Source: Chiloscyllium plagiosum | Taxonomy: Eukaryota | Length of the DNA stretch: 51,708 nt | Direction: 5' to 3' | Assembly (NCBI RefSeq): GCF_004010195.1 | Contig: NC_057754.1 | Span: 10,410,831 to 10,462,538, forward strand | Shown here: one piece after another, positions 1-11,819 of the stretch | Layout: each line of letters opens with the position of its first letter | Numbering within the stretch: position 1 is the first letter of the stretch | The notes under the pieces: generated by a model | Told to the model about the DNA's origin: nothing | The model's input: only the letters and a program-made list of their open reading frames with translations | Database searches by the model: none | Translations under genes and position numbers: made by a program

Positions 1-275
1 AGTCTTATCAGTCAAGGACTCATCCTTCCCTGCCTGTGTTAATGGTTTCATCAATCAAGGGCCTGTTTGTTTTTACTCTGCTCACAAATTGTCAGCATTC
101 TGCACAATTTAAACTATTCTACTTTTGAGTATATAAAATGTTCTAGAAAAGAAACAAAAGTTTTGTCTTTTATTATAGATCAGTCTGTGGTCCAGGCACA
201 TCTTAAAGTTTAAACCGAAATTACCTCTCACACATACCAAACCTGGCCTAGAAGGCTGCAGGTTCCCCACCCCTG
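1..275 (-). mobile_element. Terminus of a hAT (Charlie-like) DNA transposon; other end not in window
   Basis: Minus strand from 275 reads CAGGGGTGGGGAACCTGCAGCC, a Charlie-type TIR, directly abutting the Tx1 fragment. Confidence 0.45.
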
Positions 276-738
276 GGATAGAGGATTGGTCGGCCCAGTT
301 CCCGGAGAGCATGGCCTCGCTCTTGCCTCGGTTGATCTTGGCCCCTGAGGCCCGTTCGCACTGGTCACATATGCACATGAGTCTGCGCACGTACAGCGGA
401 TCCGAGCAGAAAACGGCGATGTCATCCATGTACAGGGAGGCCTTAACCTGCAGGCTCCCGCTGCCAGGAATAGTCACCCCTCTCAGACTCGCATCCTTCC
501 TGATGGACTCGGCAAATGGCTCTATGCAGCACACAAACAAGGCAGGAGAGAGGGGGCAGCCCTGCCTGACTCCAGATCTGACTGGGAAGCTATCTGATTC
601 CCACCCATTGATTGAGACTGCACTGACAATGTTGGTGTAGAGCAGTCTGATCCAATTGCAGATTCCCTCCCCAAAGCCCATTTTGGAGAGAACATCTCTC
701 ATATACGTGTGTGATATCCTGTCAAAGGCTTTCTCCTG
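276..738 (-). mobile_element. Tx1/L1-clade non-LTR retrotransposon RT fragment
   Basis: QEKAFDRISH, GVRQGCPLSPALF and LYMDD RT motifs in ORF 109..798. Confidence 0.9.
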
Positions 739-821
739 GTGGGTTGCTCTTCGGAGGGTCGGTGTGGACTTGTTGGGCCGAAGGGCCTGTTTCCACACTG
801 AAGGGAATCTAATCTAATCTA
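739..821 (+). mobile_element. HE1-type SINE 3' tail
   Basis: Same tail (GGGCCGAAGGGCCTGTTTCCACACTG, (AATCT)n) as the full SINE at 28865. Confidence 0.8.
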
Positions 822-824
822 AAA

Positions 825-1008
825 ATAACTGAAGGTTTTATTTAAAAAAGTGACATCTCAGATCAGGCAATGCATTAAAGGTGTGAGGTAAGAATCTGTC
901 TGTATCCCAATCTTGAGTCAGACTGGTTCTATTTCCAAAGTGGAATTTACAAAATATTACATGGACTGACTGCCTGCATTGACTGCCTGCAGATTGTGCA
1001 TTTTTTGA
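825..1008 (-). mobile_element. Penelope-type family B 3'-region fragment
   Basis: Reverse complement of part of 27480-27640. Confidence 0.6.
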
Positions 1009-1590
1009 GCCTGGAGCTCAGTGACCAGTGGTGTTTTGTAGAGATCTGTTCTGGGACCTCTGCTCTTTGTGATTTTTATAAATGACTTGGATAAGGAAGT
1101 CAAAGGGTAGATTAGTAAATTTGCCGGTGACGTAAAGGTTGGTGGAGTTGTGAATAGTGTGGAAGGCTGTTGTTGGTTGTAACAGGACATTGTGTTGCTG
1201 GAAAAGTGCAGCAGGTCAGGCAGCATCCAAGAAGCAGGAGAATCGACGTTTCGGGCATGAGCCCTTCTTCAGGAATGAGGAAAGTGTGCCCATGCCCAAA
1301 ACATCGATTCTCCTGCTCCTTGGATGCTGCCTGACCTGCTGCGCTTTTCCAGCAACACATTTTCAGCTCTGATCTCCAGCATCTGTAGTCCTCACTTTCT
1401 CCTGTAACAGGACATTGACAGGGATGCTGAGCTGGGCTGAGAAGTGGCAGACAGAGTTCAACCTGGACAAGTGTGAAGTGATTCATTTTGGAAGGTCAAA
1501 TTTGAATGCCGATTACAGGGTTAAAGGCAGGATTCTTAGCAGTGGGAAGAACAGAGGGATCTTGGGGTCCACGTCCATAGATCCCAATGT
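1009..1590 (+). mobile_element. CR1 LINE RT fragment, interrupted by a Penelope insert
   Basis: FADD-like motif, WAEKWQTEFNLDKCEVIHFG. Confidence 0.85.
1193..1402. mobile_element. Palindromic Penelope family A insert with minimal hammerhead (minus strand, about 1240-1275)
   Basis: Head-to-head copies; 15-bp TSD TGTAACAGGACATTG at 1178-1192 and 1403-1417. Confidence 0.8.
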
Positions 1591-2121
1591 CCCAGACTTG
1601 AAAGAGTAAAACTGGCAAAGGGCAACTGTTATTCTTGTCAAATCAGAATCTCCATCTGAAATTTCATTGCTCATCCCTAATTACTCCATTGGCGGAGGTG
1701 AAGAACCACTTTTTTGAACTCCTTGGCACCTAAGTACAGTGATTATATTGTTAGGGCAGGAGTTCCAGGATTCAGACCAGTGACACTGAAGGAACCGTGA
1801 TTTATTTCCAACTCAGAATGGTAAGTGGCTTGGAGGGGAATGTGCAGTTGGTAATTTTCTCATGTGTCTGCTGTCATTGTCCTTCTAGATGGAAGCAAAC
1901 TCTCACTGGGCTGATTCTGGCAGCTAAGCAGAGGTGGGTACTGCAGATGCTGGAGATTAGAGTGGTGCTGGAAAAGCACAGCAGGTCAGGCAGCATCTGA
2001 GGAGCAGCAAAATTGACTTTTCGGGCAAAAGCTCTTCATCAGCTTCAGTGTGTGTGTGTTCTATTTGTAATCAGGAATTTGTTTTCATTTGGATAATTCA
2101 CACAAGAGAAAGAAATCTTCT

Positions 2122-2193
2122 TTTCCTGACTGGGAATTGTGTTCAGGCCTTGGCAATGCAAGCTCTGAATCTTAACCACTGGAACACCAGACA
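2122..2193 (-). pseudogene. tRNA-Glu pseudogene
   Basis: 72 nt colinear with vertebrate tRNA-Glu (TCCCTGGTGGTCTAGTGGTTAGGATTC...CCCGGTCAGGGAA); anticodon loop and T-loop mutated. Confidence 0.7.
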
Positions 2194-2786
2194 TACTGAC
2201 AGTAACCCTTGTGACCTGACTCCTACATGCTATGGTGTCATTTCTGCACATCAGAACCACCTTCACCAAAAATGTTTTTCTTGCTAAGCTTCAAAACAAT
2301 TCATACTGTTGCCTGGGTTTCAATGTGAAGAAAGCAGAGCTGGTGTTGTTCAGCATATGTACTGCAGGAAGGTGCAGGAGAGGCTGATACTAAAAGGGAC
2401 CTGTTTGAAGGTGCTGAGCTGCAGTGGAGGGGACGGCACCAACAAAGGTGTTGTTCAATGCATCTGATTCCAGACCCTGAGCAAGAAATAACCAGAAGCT
2501 TCTCACTGAATTTGTTCAGGGTCTTGACTCGAAGAGACCATGACTTAATGCATGAAAGTATATTTCACTTTGAGGTTCAGTTCCCTAGATGGGACACCAT
2601 GAATACAGTTTACCCATCTCAAACTTCAGTCTCATTTGTTGTGTCACTTGAGATTAAAACTTTACAGAGAAAATTCATTGAGATGAGCACTTGAAAGGTC
2701 AGAGCACTCAAGGATACAGGCCAAATGCTGGAAACATGGATGATGGGCCTCTTTTTGTGCTGTAAAAACATGATGATTTGATCACC

Positions 2787-3545
2787 AGAGGTGGAACGAG
2801 TGGAGAGTGTCAAGCTCCTGGGAGTGGTCATCCACAACAAGCTTTCTTGGACTCTTCATCTGGACGCACTGGTTACAAAGGCCCAACAACGTCTCTTCTT
2901 CCTCAGGCAGTTGAGGAAATTAGGCATGACGGTGAATACCCTTGCCAACTTTTATAGTTGTGCCATCGAGAGCATTCTGTCTGGATGTATCACTACCTGG
3001 TATGGCAACTATACCATTCAAGATCAGAGACGGATACAGAGAGAAACTCAGCCCAGGCAATCACAAAGGCCAACCTCCCATGTATAGAATCCATCTACCA
3101 GGATCGCTGTCAAGGAAAGGCCGCCAGCATTCTCAAAGATCCATGCCACCCACCCTGGCAATGTTTTTCTACAACCTCTACCATCGGGGAGAAGGTACAG
3201 AAGCCTGAACACATGCACCAGCCGGTTTTGTAACAGTTTCTACCCTACTGTTGTTAGAATACTGAATGGACTCACAAACTCTTAGCATTCGCCTGTATTT
3301 GTGTTTTTGTTTTTGCTGCTGCTTATCGCTTATTTACTTATCTATGCAACGTAACTCTGTGATCTGCCTGTATGCTCGCAAGACAAAGCTTTTCACTGTG
3401 CCTTGGTACATGTGACAATCAATTCAATTCAATTTATCTTGGAGGAGAAACTTATCTCCAATGAAAGTGATCTGCCTGTATGCTCGCAAGACAAAGCTTT
3501 TCACTGTGCCTCGGTACATGTGACAATCAATTCAATTCAATTCAA
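2787..3545 (+). mobile_element. Rex1/Babar-type LINE 3' end
   Basis: KAQQRLFFLRQLRK...FYSCAIESILSGCITTWYGN; (ATTCA)n tail. Confidence 0.8.
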
Positions 3546-3579
3546 TTTATCTTGGAGGAGAAACTTATCTCCAATGAAA
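3359..3579 (+). repeat. About 110-bp tandem duplication (LINE tail plus 3' flank)
   Basis: 3359-3466 repeated at 3467-3579. Confidence 0.9.
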
Positions 3580-3882
3580 ATAAAAGCCAAAAAATGTGAC
3601 ACCAAGAAGTGCTCTTGCCCTCATCCCTGGTAGTCTATACACCAGAGTGACTGTGAATATGGAAAGTTCCAGCAGAAAAAGAGGCAATACTGAAGCAGCC
3701 TACTGAGGACAAATGTGTTTCCTTTGCCAGTGAAACTCACCATCTCACAAAATGAGGACTATGGATGTGAAGCAGTGATGGTGATTATCTTTTCAGGTTG
3801 CTCACCTTGTGAATGTTATCATTGCTGCTCATGTCCCTGTTAACACCACAGCTCTGCAGCATATAGGTCTTGCGCATGCATT

Positions 3883-3942
3883 GGGTCAGTGGTGCAATGG
3901 ATAATGCATCTGACTAAGGATCAGGAGATTGTAGGCTTGAGC
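3883..3942 (+). pseudogene. tRNA-Arg(ACG)-derived pseudogene, 3' end lost
   Basis: GGGTCAGTGGTGCAATGGATAATGCATCTGACTAAGGATCAGGAGATT vs GGGCCAGTGGCGCAATGGATAACGCGTCTGACTACGGATCAGAAGATT. Confidence 0.75.
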
Positions 3943-4430
3943 GCAATTTACAATTTCTTTATATTTCCAAACTCATCTTTCTCCTTGTCCTGAAGCCAAG
4001 ATGTGGTCAGAATTGAAGGTATGCAGGAATGAGAATCCTTTCATTGTCTCACATCGGTAAATGTTACTGAGAACATCAGAGTCAATATTTGTAGCACTGT
4101 CAGAGGAGGGGAAGCTGAAATAGTCCCAGAAAGCTGCCCATGGGCACCATTCTATTTTCCAAATCCACTGTGGCTCCTGGGAATGGAAAGGAAACAAAAC
4201 CAAAAACCTGGTCTTAACATTGTGAATCTTAAGAAATGGGTATCAGAGGAGAACAAAGATTGAACTATATGACTGAGCAGAGACAGTGAAAGCACTTTCC
4301 CCTTCTTTAAGAGGCTGGGACATCAACTCTGATGTTCTCAGGGACGTGAAGCGATCCGAGGCACTGAAAAGATTCCTGTCAGGGCTATTCTGCTTTTGCA
4401 GTTGTCACTGTTGGGAACAACCAATCCTGA

Positions 4431-4502
4431 TTCCCTGACCAGTAATTGAACCCTGGCCAAGTCAGTGAAAGCACCTAATTCTAACCACTCGACTACCAGG
4501 GA
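4431..4502 (-). pseudogene. tRNA-Glu(TTC) pseudogene
   Basis: 72 nt TCCCTGGTAGTCGAGTGGTTAGAATT...CTTTCAC...GGTTCAATTACTGGTCAGGGAA; acceptor stem intact, anticodon stem mismatched. Confidence 0.8.
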
Positions 4503-5150
4503 TGAAGGCAAGAGCATTTGCATCATTTCTTAATGACACAGCTCTTGGCTTTTTCTTTTCACTTGAGGTAAGTTTCTCCTCCAAAATGATCAAATCACGA
4601 TGTTTTTACAGCACGAAAAGAGGCCCATCATCCCATGTTTCCAGCACTTGGCCTGTAGCTCTGACATTTCAAATGTTCATCTCAAAGATATTTTCTCCTT
4701 AACATTTTAATCTCAAGTGACACAACGATTGGGACTGAAGTTTGAGATGGGAAAACTGTGTTCATGGCCCCTCACTCACAGAAGGGAACAAACAGTCACA
4801 TTCCCCCAAGAGTGGCAGAGGCCTCAGGAGAGACCAACCCCCAGAAAGTAGGATTTCATCCACTTGGCTTAGATTGTTCCACTTCAGACTTCAAAACTAG
4901 AGTCTGGTTACAGCAAAAAAAAAGGAAATATTTGGCTGCTCCCCTGCCCATGTTCCTCTCCCATTGTTTACCTGTCACTCTGCAGTTTATAGTATTGAAT
5001 GGTCTTCCTCATGTTCCTGGAAGGAGAAACAGGAATGTGATATTTTAAACACATTCTGGCATGTGGAGGAAATGACATTGTCATACTTTCAGATGATATT
5101 TAAAGTGTGCCTTTGGATGTTGGATGCATGGGGTGTACAAAATCTTTCAC

Positions 5151-5223
5151 AGACCTCAGTGAGGCTCAGACCGATAACCCTTGGTTTAGAAGGCCAGTGT
5201 TTGAACCACTGAGCTACAGGGCC
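5151..5223 (-). pseudogene. tRNA-Thr(TGT)-derived pseudogene (anticodon now TCT)
   Basis: 73 nt GGCCCTGTAGCTCAGTGGTT...CACTGGCCTTCTAAACCAAGGG...; T-loop destroyed. Confidence 0.7.
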
Positions 5224-6682
5224 AGAACTGTGCACTTGGAGAGAGGAGCTAGAGTCACAGAGTCATAAAGATGTACAGCACAGAAACAGACCCTTCAGTC
5301 CAACTCGTCCATGCCAACCAGATATCCCAAAATTATTCTAGTCCCATTTGTCAGCACTTGGACCATATCCCTCCAAACCCTTCCTATTTATATACCCATC
5401 CAAATGCCTTTTAAATGTTGCAATTGTACCAGCCTCCACCACTTTCTCTGGCAGCTCATTCCATACACGTACCACTCTCTGCGTGAAAAACTTGCCCCTT
5501 AGGTCCCTTTTAAATCTTTCCATTCTCACCCTAAAACTATGCCTGCTAGTTCTGGACTCCCCCAAGCAGGGTAAATATACAAGATCTTTTCCCTGATCCA
5601 TGCTCCTTATGATTTTATAAACCTTTATAAGGTCACCCCTCAGCCTCCAATGCTCCAGGGAAACAGCCCCAGCCTGTTCAGCCTCTCAATATAGTTCAAG
5701 CTCTCTAACCCTGACAACATCCTAGGAAAACTTTTCTGAACCTTTTAAGTTTCATAACATCCTTCCTACAGGAGGAAGAACAGAATTTCACATGAAAGGG
5801 TCCTAACCAATGTCCTATACAGCCACAACATGACCTCCCAACTCCAATACTAAATGCTCTAAGCAATAAAGGAAAGCAGACTAAATGCTTTCTTCACTAT
5901 TCTATGTACCTGAGACTCCACTTTCAAGGAGCTATGAACCTGCATTCCAAGGTCTCTTTGTTCAGCAACACTCCTTAGGATCTTAGCATTAAGTGTAGAA
6001 GACTTGTCCTTATTTACTTTTCCAAAATGCAGCATCTCACATTTACCTAAATTAAACTCCATTTGCACTCCTCAGTCCATTGGCCCGTCTGATCAAAATC
6101 CTGTTGTACTCCAAGGTAATGTTCTTCATTGTCCACTATACCTACAATTTTGGTGTCACCTGCAAACTTGCTAACTATCTCTCCTATGTTCACATCCAAA
6201 TCGTTTATATAAATGATGAAAAGCAGTGGACCAAGCACTGATCCTTGTGGCACTCCACTGGTCACAGGCCTCCAGTCTGAAAAGCAGCCCTCCACCAACC
6301 ACCCTCTGTCTTCAACCTTTAAGCCAGTTCTATATCCACATGGCTAGTTCTCCCTGTATTCTGTGTGATCTAACCTTGCTAATCGTGGACTTCACCAGTT
6401 TCCTCATTTCCCCTCCCCCCACCTTACCTCAGTTCCAGCTCAACACTGTCCTCATGACCCTGTCGACAACACTACTATTATAGGACAAGCCAAACAGAGA
6501 ACAGCCAGGGAATTCCTAGAGGTATGGCACTCATCCACAGATTCAATCAATAGGCACATCGACCTGGAGCCAATATACCGACCACTGCAACACAGCTGGA
6601 ACTGACAACCAGAAGTGGCAGAGACAAACCACTACAAATGCCGGAGGAAAGATCACAGAAGCACTTCACAGGAGGCTCCCAA

Positions 6683-6722
6683 GCACTGAGGATGTCACCT
6701 AGACAGGGGACGAAACATCTGC
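6683..6722 (+). ncRNA. Minimal hammerhead ribozyme motif (family C)
   Basis: GCA-CTGAGGA-T-GTC(ACCTAGACAGGG)GAC-GAA-ACAT-C/TGC; stem I GCA:TGC; palindrome ACGT decayed to ACAT. Confidence 0.65.
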
Positions 6723-6811
6723 AACACAAATTCCCAACTCGGCGAACAGAACCACAACAACGAGCACCCGAGCTACAAATCTTCTCACAAACTTTGAGCT
6801 CCCTGTCTCCG

Positions 6812-6845
6812 TTCCTGATGAAGGGCTTTTGCCCGAAACATCGAT
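6812..6845 (+). ncRNA. Minimal hammerhead ribozyme motif (family A)
   Basis: TTC-CTGATGA-A-GGGC(TTTT)GCCC-GAA-ACAT-C/GA. Confidence 0.6.
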
Positions 6846-8849
6846 TTTCCTGCTTCTCGGAGGCTGCCTGACCTGCTGTGCTTTTCCAGCACCACTCTGA
6901 TCTAACCTTGCTAATCAGTCTACTATGAGGAACTTTGCCGAATGCCTGGCTGAAGTCCACACAGATCATATCTACCGCTCTGCCCTCACCAATCATCTTC
7001 ATTACTTCTTCAAAAAAACTTACCATGCACAAAGCTATGCTGACTATCCTGAATCAGTCCTTGCCTCTCCAAATATTTGTAAATCCTATCCCTCAGGATT
7101 CCCTCCAACAACTTGCCCACCACTTGTGTCAGGCTCACTGGTCTATAGTTCCCTGACTTCTCCGTAATTTTCTTAAATAGTGGCACCATGTTAGCCAACC
7201 TCCAATGTTCTGGCACCTTACCTGTGACTATCAATGACACAAATATCTCAGCAGGGAGCCCAGCAATCACTTCCCTAGCTTCGCACAGTGTTCTAGAGTA
7301 CACCTGATCAGATTCTGGGTATTTATCCATGTTTATGCATTTCAAGACATCCAGCACCACCTCCTCTGTAATATGGACATTTTTACAGATGTCATCATCT
7401 TATTTCCCACATTCTGTATCTTCCACAGTAAATACTGATGCAAAATACTCATTTCATATCTCCTACATCTCCTATGGTTCCACAAAAAGGCTGACTTGCT
7501 GATCTTTGAGGGGTCCTATTCTCTCCCAAGTTACCTTTTTGTCCTTAATGTATTGATAAAGTCCCTTTGAATTCTCCTTCACCCTATTTGCCAAAGCTAT
7601 CTCCTGACCTCTTTTTGCTTTCCTGCTTTCCCTCTTAAGTATACTCCTTTTTACTCTTCTAAGGATTCACTCATACCTGACATATGCTTCCTTCCTTTTC
7701 TTGAGCAAACCCTCAATTTCTCTCGTCATCCAGCATTCCTTACACTGAACAGCCTTGCCTTTTGCCATAACAGGAATATACTCTCTTTGGACTCTCATTA
7801 TCTCTTTATTGAAGGCTTCCCATTTTCCAATCATCCCATTACCTGTGAAAATCCACACCCAATCAACTTTTGAACATTTATGCGTAATATCATCAAAATT
7901 GGTCTTCCTCCAATTCAGAAATTTAACTTTTCAATCCTGTCTATCCTGTTCCATCACCATTTTAAAACAAATAGAATTATGGGCACTGGCCCCAAAGTGC
8001 TCCCCCACTGACACGTCAGTCACTTTCCCTGTCTTATTTCCAAAGGTAGGTCAAGTTTTGTACCTTCTCGATTATGTACATCCACATACTGAATCAGAAA
8101 ATTTTCTTGTCCACACTTAACAAATTCCTCTCCATCTAAACTCTTGCCACTGTGGCACTCCCAGTCTATGTTTGGGAAGTTAAAATCCCCAACCACAACC
8201 ACCCTATTATTCTTAAAAATAACAGATCTTATTACAAATTTGTTTCTCAATTTCCTGTTGATTATTAGGGCATCTATAATACAATCCCAATAAGGTGATC
8301 ATCGCTTTCTTATTTCTCAGTTCCACCCAAATAACTTCCCTGGATGTATTTCCGGAAATATCCTCCCTAAATACAGCTGTAATGCTATCCCTTATCAAAA
8401 GCGCCATTCCCCCTCCTCTCTTGCCTCCCTTTCTATCCTTCCTATAGCATTTGTATCCTGGAACATTAAGCTGACAGTCCTGTCCATCCCTGAGCTGTGT
8501 CTCTGTAATTGCTATGATATCCCAGTTCCATGTTCCTAACCATGCCCTGAGTTCATATGTCTTTCCTGTTAGGCCTCTTGTATTGAAATAAATGCAGTTT
8601 AATTTACCTTGTTCTCTGCTTTGTTCCTGCCTGCCCTGACTGTTTGACTTTCTCCTTTTACATTCCTGATGAAGAGCCTATACTCAAAACATCGACTCTC
8701 CTGCTCCTTGGATGCTGCTTGACCGGCTGTGCTTTTCCAGCACCACACTCTTTGACCTTGGACCCCTTTCCCAACTGTACCAGTCTCAGATTGATCTCTT
8801 TTCGCACTATCTCCATGGGTCCAACTCCTCCCCACCTTACTAGTTTAAA

Positions 8850-9066
8850 GTTAAAAATCACACAACACCAGGTTATAGTCCAACAGGTTTAATTGGAAGC
8901 ACACTAGCTTTCGGAGCGACGCTCTTTCATCAGGTGATCACTTGATGAAGGAGCGTCGTTCCGAAAGCTAGTGTGCTTCCAATTAAACCTGTTGGACTAT
9001 AACCTGGTGTTGTGTGATTTTTAACTTTGTACACCCCAGTCCAACACCGGCATCTCCAAATCATGA
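8850..9066. mobile_element. Palindromic Penelope-type family B insert with hammerhead motifs on both strands
   Basis: About 90-bp arms centred on TGATCA (8935-8940); 13-bp TSD TTACTAGTTTAAA at 8837-8849 and 9067-9079. Confidence 0.85.
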
Positions 9067-10051
9067 TTACTAGTTTAAATCCTCCTTATCAGATCTAGCA
9101 AATCTGCCTGCCAGTATATTAGTCCCCTTCCAATTCAGGTGCAATCCATCCTTCCTATACCGGTCTCTTCTACCCCAGAAGAGATTCCAATGATCCAAAA
9201 ATGTGAACCCTTCTCCCCTGCACCAACTCCTCAGCCACTCATTCCTCTGATCTATCCTCCTCTTCCTACCCTTAATAGCTCATACCTCCAGGAGGAATTC
9301 AGATATTACTAGCCTCAAGGACCTCCTTTTTAAATACCTGCCTAACTTTCTATATTCTCCCTTCAGAATCTCATCCTTTTTCCTTTCTTTGTTGTTAGTT
9401 CCAATGTGTAGATTGACCTCCTGCTGGTCCCACTCTACTTTGTGAATATTCTGCACTCTGTCCAAAATATGCTTGATCCTGGCATCAGGGAGGCAGCACA
9501 CAACTCTGATTTCTCACTGTTGGCCACAGAAACATCTGCCTGTGCCTCTGACTAGACAGTCCCCTTTCACAATTGATTGCTTGGAACCTGATGTCCTCTC
9601 GTTACATTAGAGCCAGTCTTGGTACCAGAAACTTGGCTGTTCATGCAACATTTCCCTGAGAGTCATTAGCCCTCTACAGCATACTTGTTTGAGATGGAGA
9701 TAGCCACAGAGGACTCCTGCACTATCTGCCTCCCTCTCCTACCTTTTCTGGCAGCAACCCTAATCTGAAATGTCATAGATGATTGAAAAGCCAGCGTATG
9801 ATAAACCACGACGTAATAAAACTGAGACAGAGCCAAAGGGATCATGTGCAGAATGATGGGAAAATGCAGTGCTGAATCAGATAGTGTCCAGAGTGATATA
9901 AACAGAGTTCTTCCCTGGGAGAAAGTGAAGACTGCAAATGTTGGAGATCAGAGTTGAAGACCGTGGTGCTGGTCAGGCAGCATCTGAGGAGCAGGAGAAT
10001 CGACATTTCAGGCATAAACTCTTCCTGAATTCCTGTACTTTTCCAGAGATC

Positions 10052-10101
10052 TTCTTGGTAGTCTAGTGTTAAGGATTCAGTGTTTTCACTGCTATGGCCT
10101 G
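10052..10101 (+). pseudogene. tRNA-Glu(TTC) 5' fragment
   Basis: TTCTTGGTAGTCTAGTGTTAAGGATTCAGTGTTTTCACTGCTATGGCCTG colinear with tRNA-Glu 1-50. Confidence 0.65.
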
Positions 10102-11819
10102 TTAATGGTGAACATTTATTATAATAAATACTGATTGCTGAATTATGTCATGGACCAGTCAGAATCACTTCATGACGTATTACAGTTTCACATCAGCATT
10201 GTCAGCTGCCTGACTGTGCAAACAATTTAAAACAAGAACATCAGGAAAAATGAAGGGCAAAGGTAGTTTGTGAGAGTTGACTGCAGGCCTAGTGGAGTCA
10301 GGCTCAATGTGAATGCTGAAGACTGGCTTGACCTGCTACACAGATCACTCTGCATCAATCACCCACAATGAGTCTCCTTTGTGGGTTGCCCTTCGCACAT
10401 CTCACCTCAGTTCATTGTCCCGAGGGGATTAACACATTTTTAACTTGACAAATTTTATTCAGGTCTTTTTTGCAGCCTCATATTAAGACCATAAATTTGA
10501 GGTGCAGAAAGAGATCATCAAAACTGCTCCGCCAATCAATGAGCTCATGTCTGATCTGATAATCTTGAACTACACCTTCTTGCCTTTTCCCATAACCCTT
10601 GATACCTTTACTGATTAAAATTTTGTCGATCTCAGCCTTGAATGTACTTAATGACCCAGAACTGACAGCCCTCTGCTGTAAAGATTTCCACCGATTGACA
10701 AATGTCTGAGGGAATAAATTCTACCACATCTCTTTCTTAAATGTGTGACACTCGTTCTGATATTAGGCACTCTGGTCCTAGACTGTCCCAAAAAGGAGCC
10801 AAGCTTTCTGCAGCCAACCCATTAAATCTCCAAAAACACATCTTTTGATAAGGAGCAATTTTATTTTGCAGTACTGTGTCTGAGCAGGCAAAGGCAATGG
10901 ATTTCAGTGCTTCTTTCCATTTATTTCATCACTGATGTGAAATTTTCACTTATTCGGCTCTCTTTGTGGTTTTAATGTCAGGAATTCATGTTCATTTTAA
11001 GAGTTTGCACAAGAACAATAAATCTCTATACCCTGACTGGGAATCAAATAGCAGTAAGTGCTGAATCCCAATTACTAGGGCATCAAGGAAGGCACATGTA
11101 ACGCTTGCAAGTTTTCTTGTTGACACTGCTTTTGACCTTATTCTCAGTTGCAAAATGATAGAGAGTGACGGAGTTTTTAACAGCAATGGGACAGGTCCTT
11201 TGGCCATTATATCAATGTCAGTCATCAAACATCTCGCTTCTAAATCTAGTTTCCAGCACTTGGCCTTTGGTTGCTGACATTTAAGTGCTCATCTAAACAG
11301 TTATTCAATGTCTCGAGGGCTTCAATGGAATAAAAACAGCTCCTTCAACCAATGACAGGAAACATTGCTGTTTTTTGGGACATGAGCTCGACATTCTCTT
11401 CCTTAAAGACAGTTCCGAAAGGGAAACTCTTTCTTGGAGCCACTTGCTGGTTTTCCTCATAATGCCAATAGTGTGGGTTTAAATTTGGCGGGTTACCACA
11501 AATGACTTTCTTTTTCAACCTCTCTGCTTATCTATGGTGTGGCAGCACTCAGCGTAAACCACCGCCAGTTGTTTGTCTAAAACAGTCCAGAATGGGTAAT
11601 GGCGACTTCAAAATTTAAATGTGTGGCTTAGTGTCAGACTTTGTGATATTATATCCCCTGGGATACACACAAGGAACATTTTATTCTCTATTATATGCAT
11701 TATAAAGGTCAATGCGCTTGTTAATGATAAATAGAAAGACTGCTTGTATACATAACAAATACATTGAAAATGCAAAATGGTACAACTGCAATCTCTGGTA
11801 AACGTGCCCTAGGAATGAA

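Larger units (their letters stand above)
6385..6897 (+). mobile_element. Nested Penelope inserts: family A fragment containing a family C 3' end
   Basis: Flanking direct repeat TGATCTAACCTTGCTAATC at 6366-6384 and 6898-6916; inner piece encodes AREFLEVWHS...INRHIDL (GIY-YIG C-terminus). Confidence 0.75.
5250..9760 (-). mobile_element. Near full-length decayed CR1 LINE (ORF1 esterase, APE, RT)
   Basis: CLPDARI..LHIGTN (ORF1, 9280-9501); VVGDFNFPNIDW; SGVPQGSVLGPLLF; FFTQRVVRVWNELP; octamer tail near 5250. Confidence 0.9.

Noticed and set aside
4860..4915. tRNA-Sec-like stretch (CAGACTTCAAAACT)
   Set aside because: Similarity too short, no cloverleaf
5151..5223. Functional tRNA with switched anticodon (Thr body, TCT)
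   Set aside because: T-loop/B box and stems are disrupted; ordinary decay
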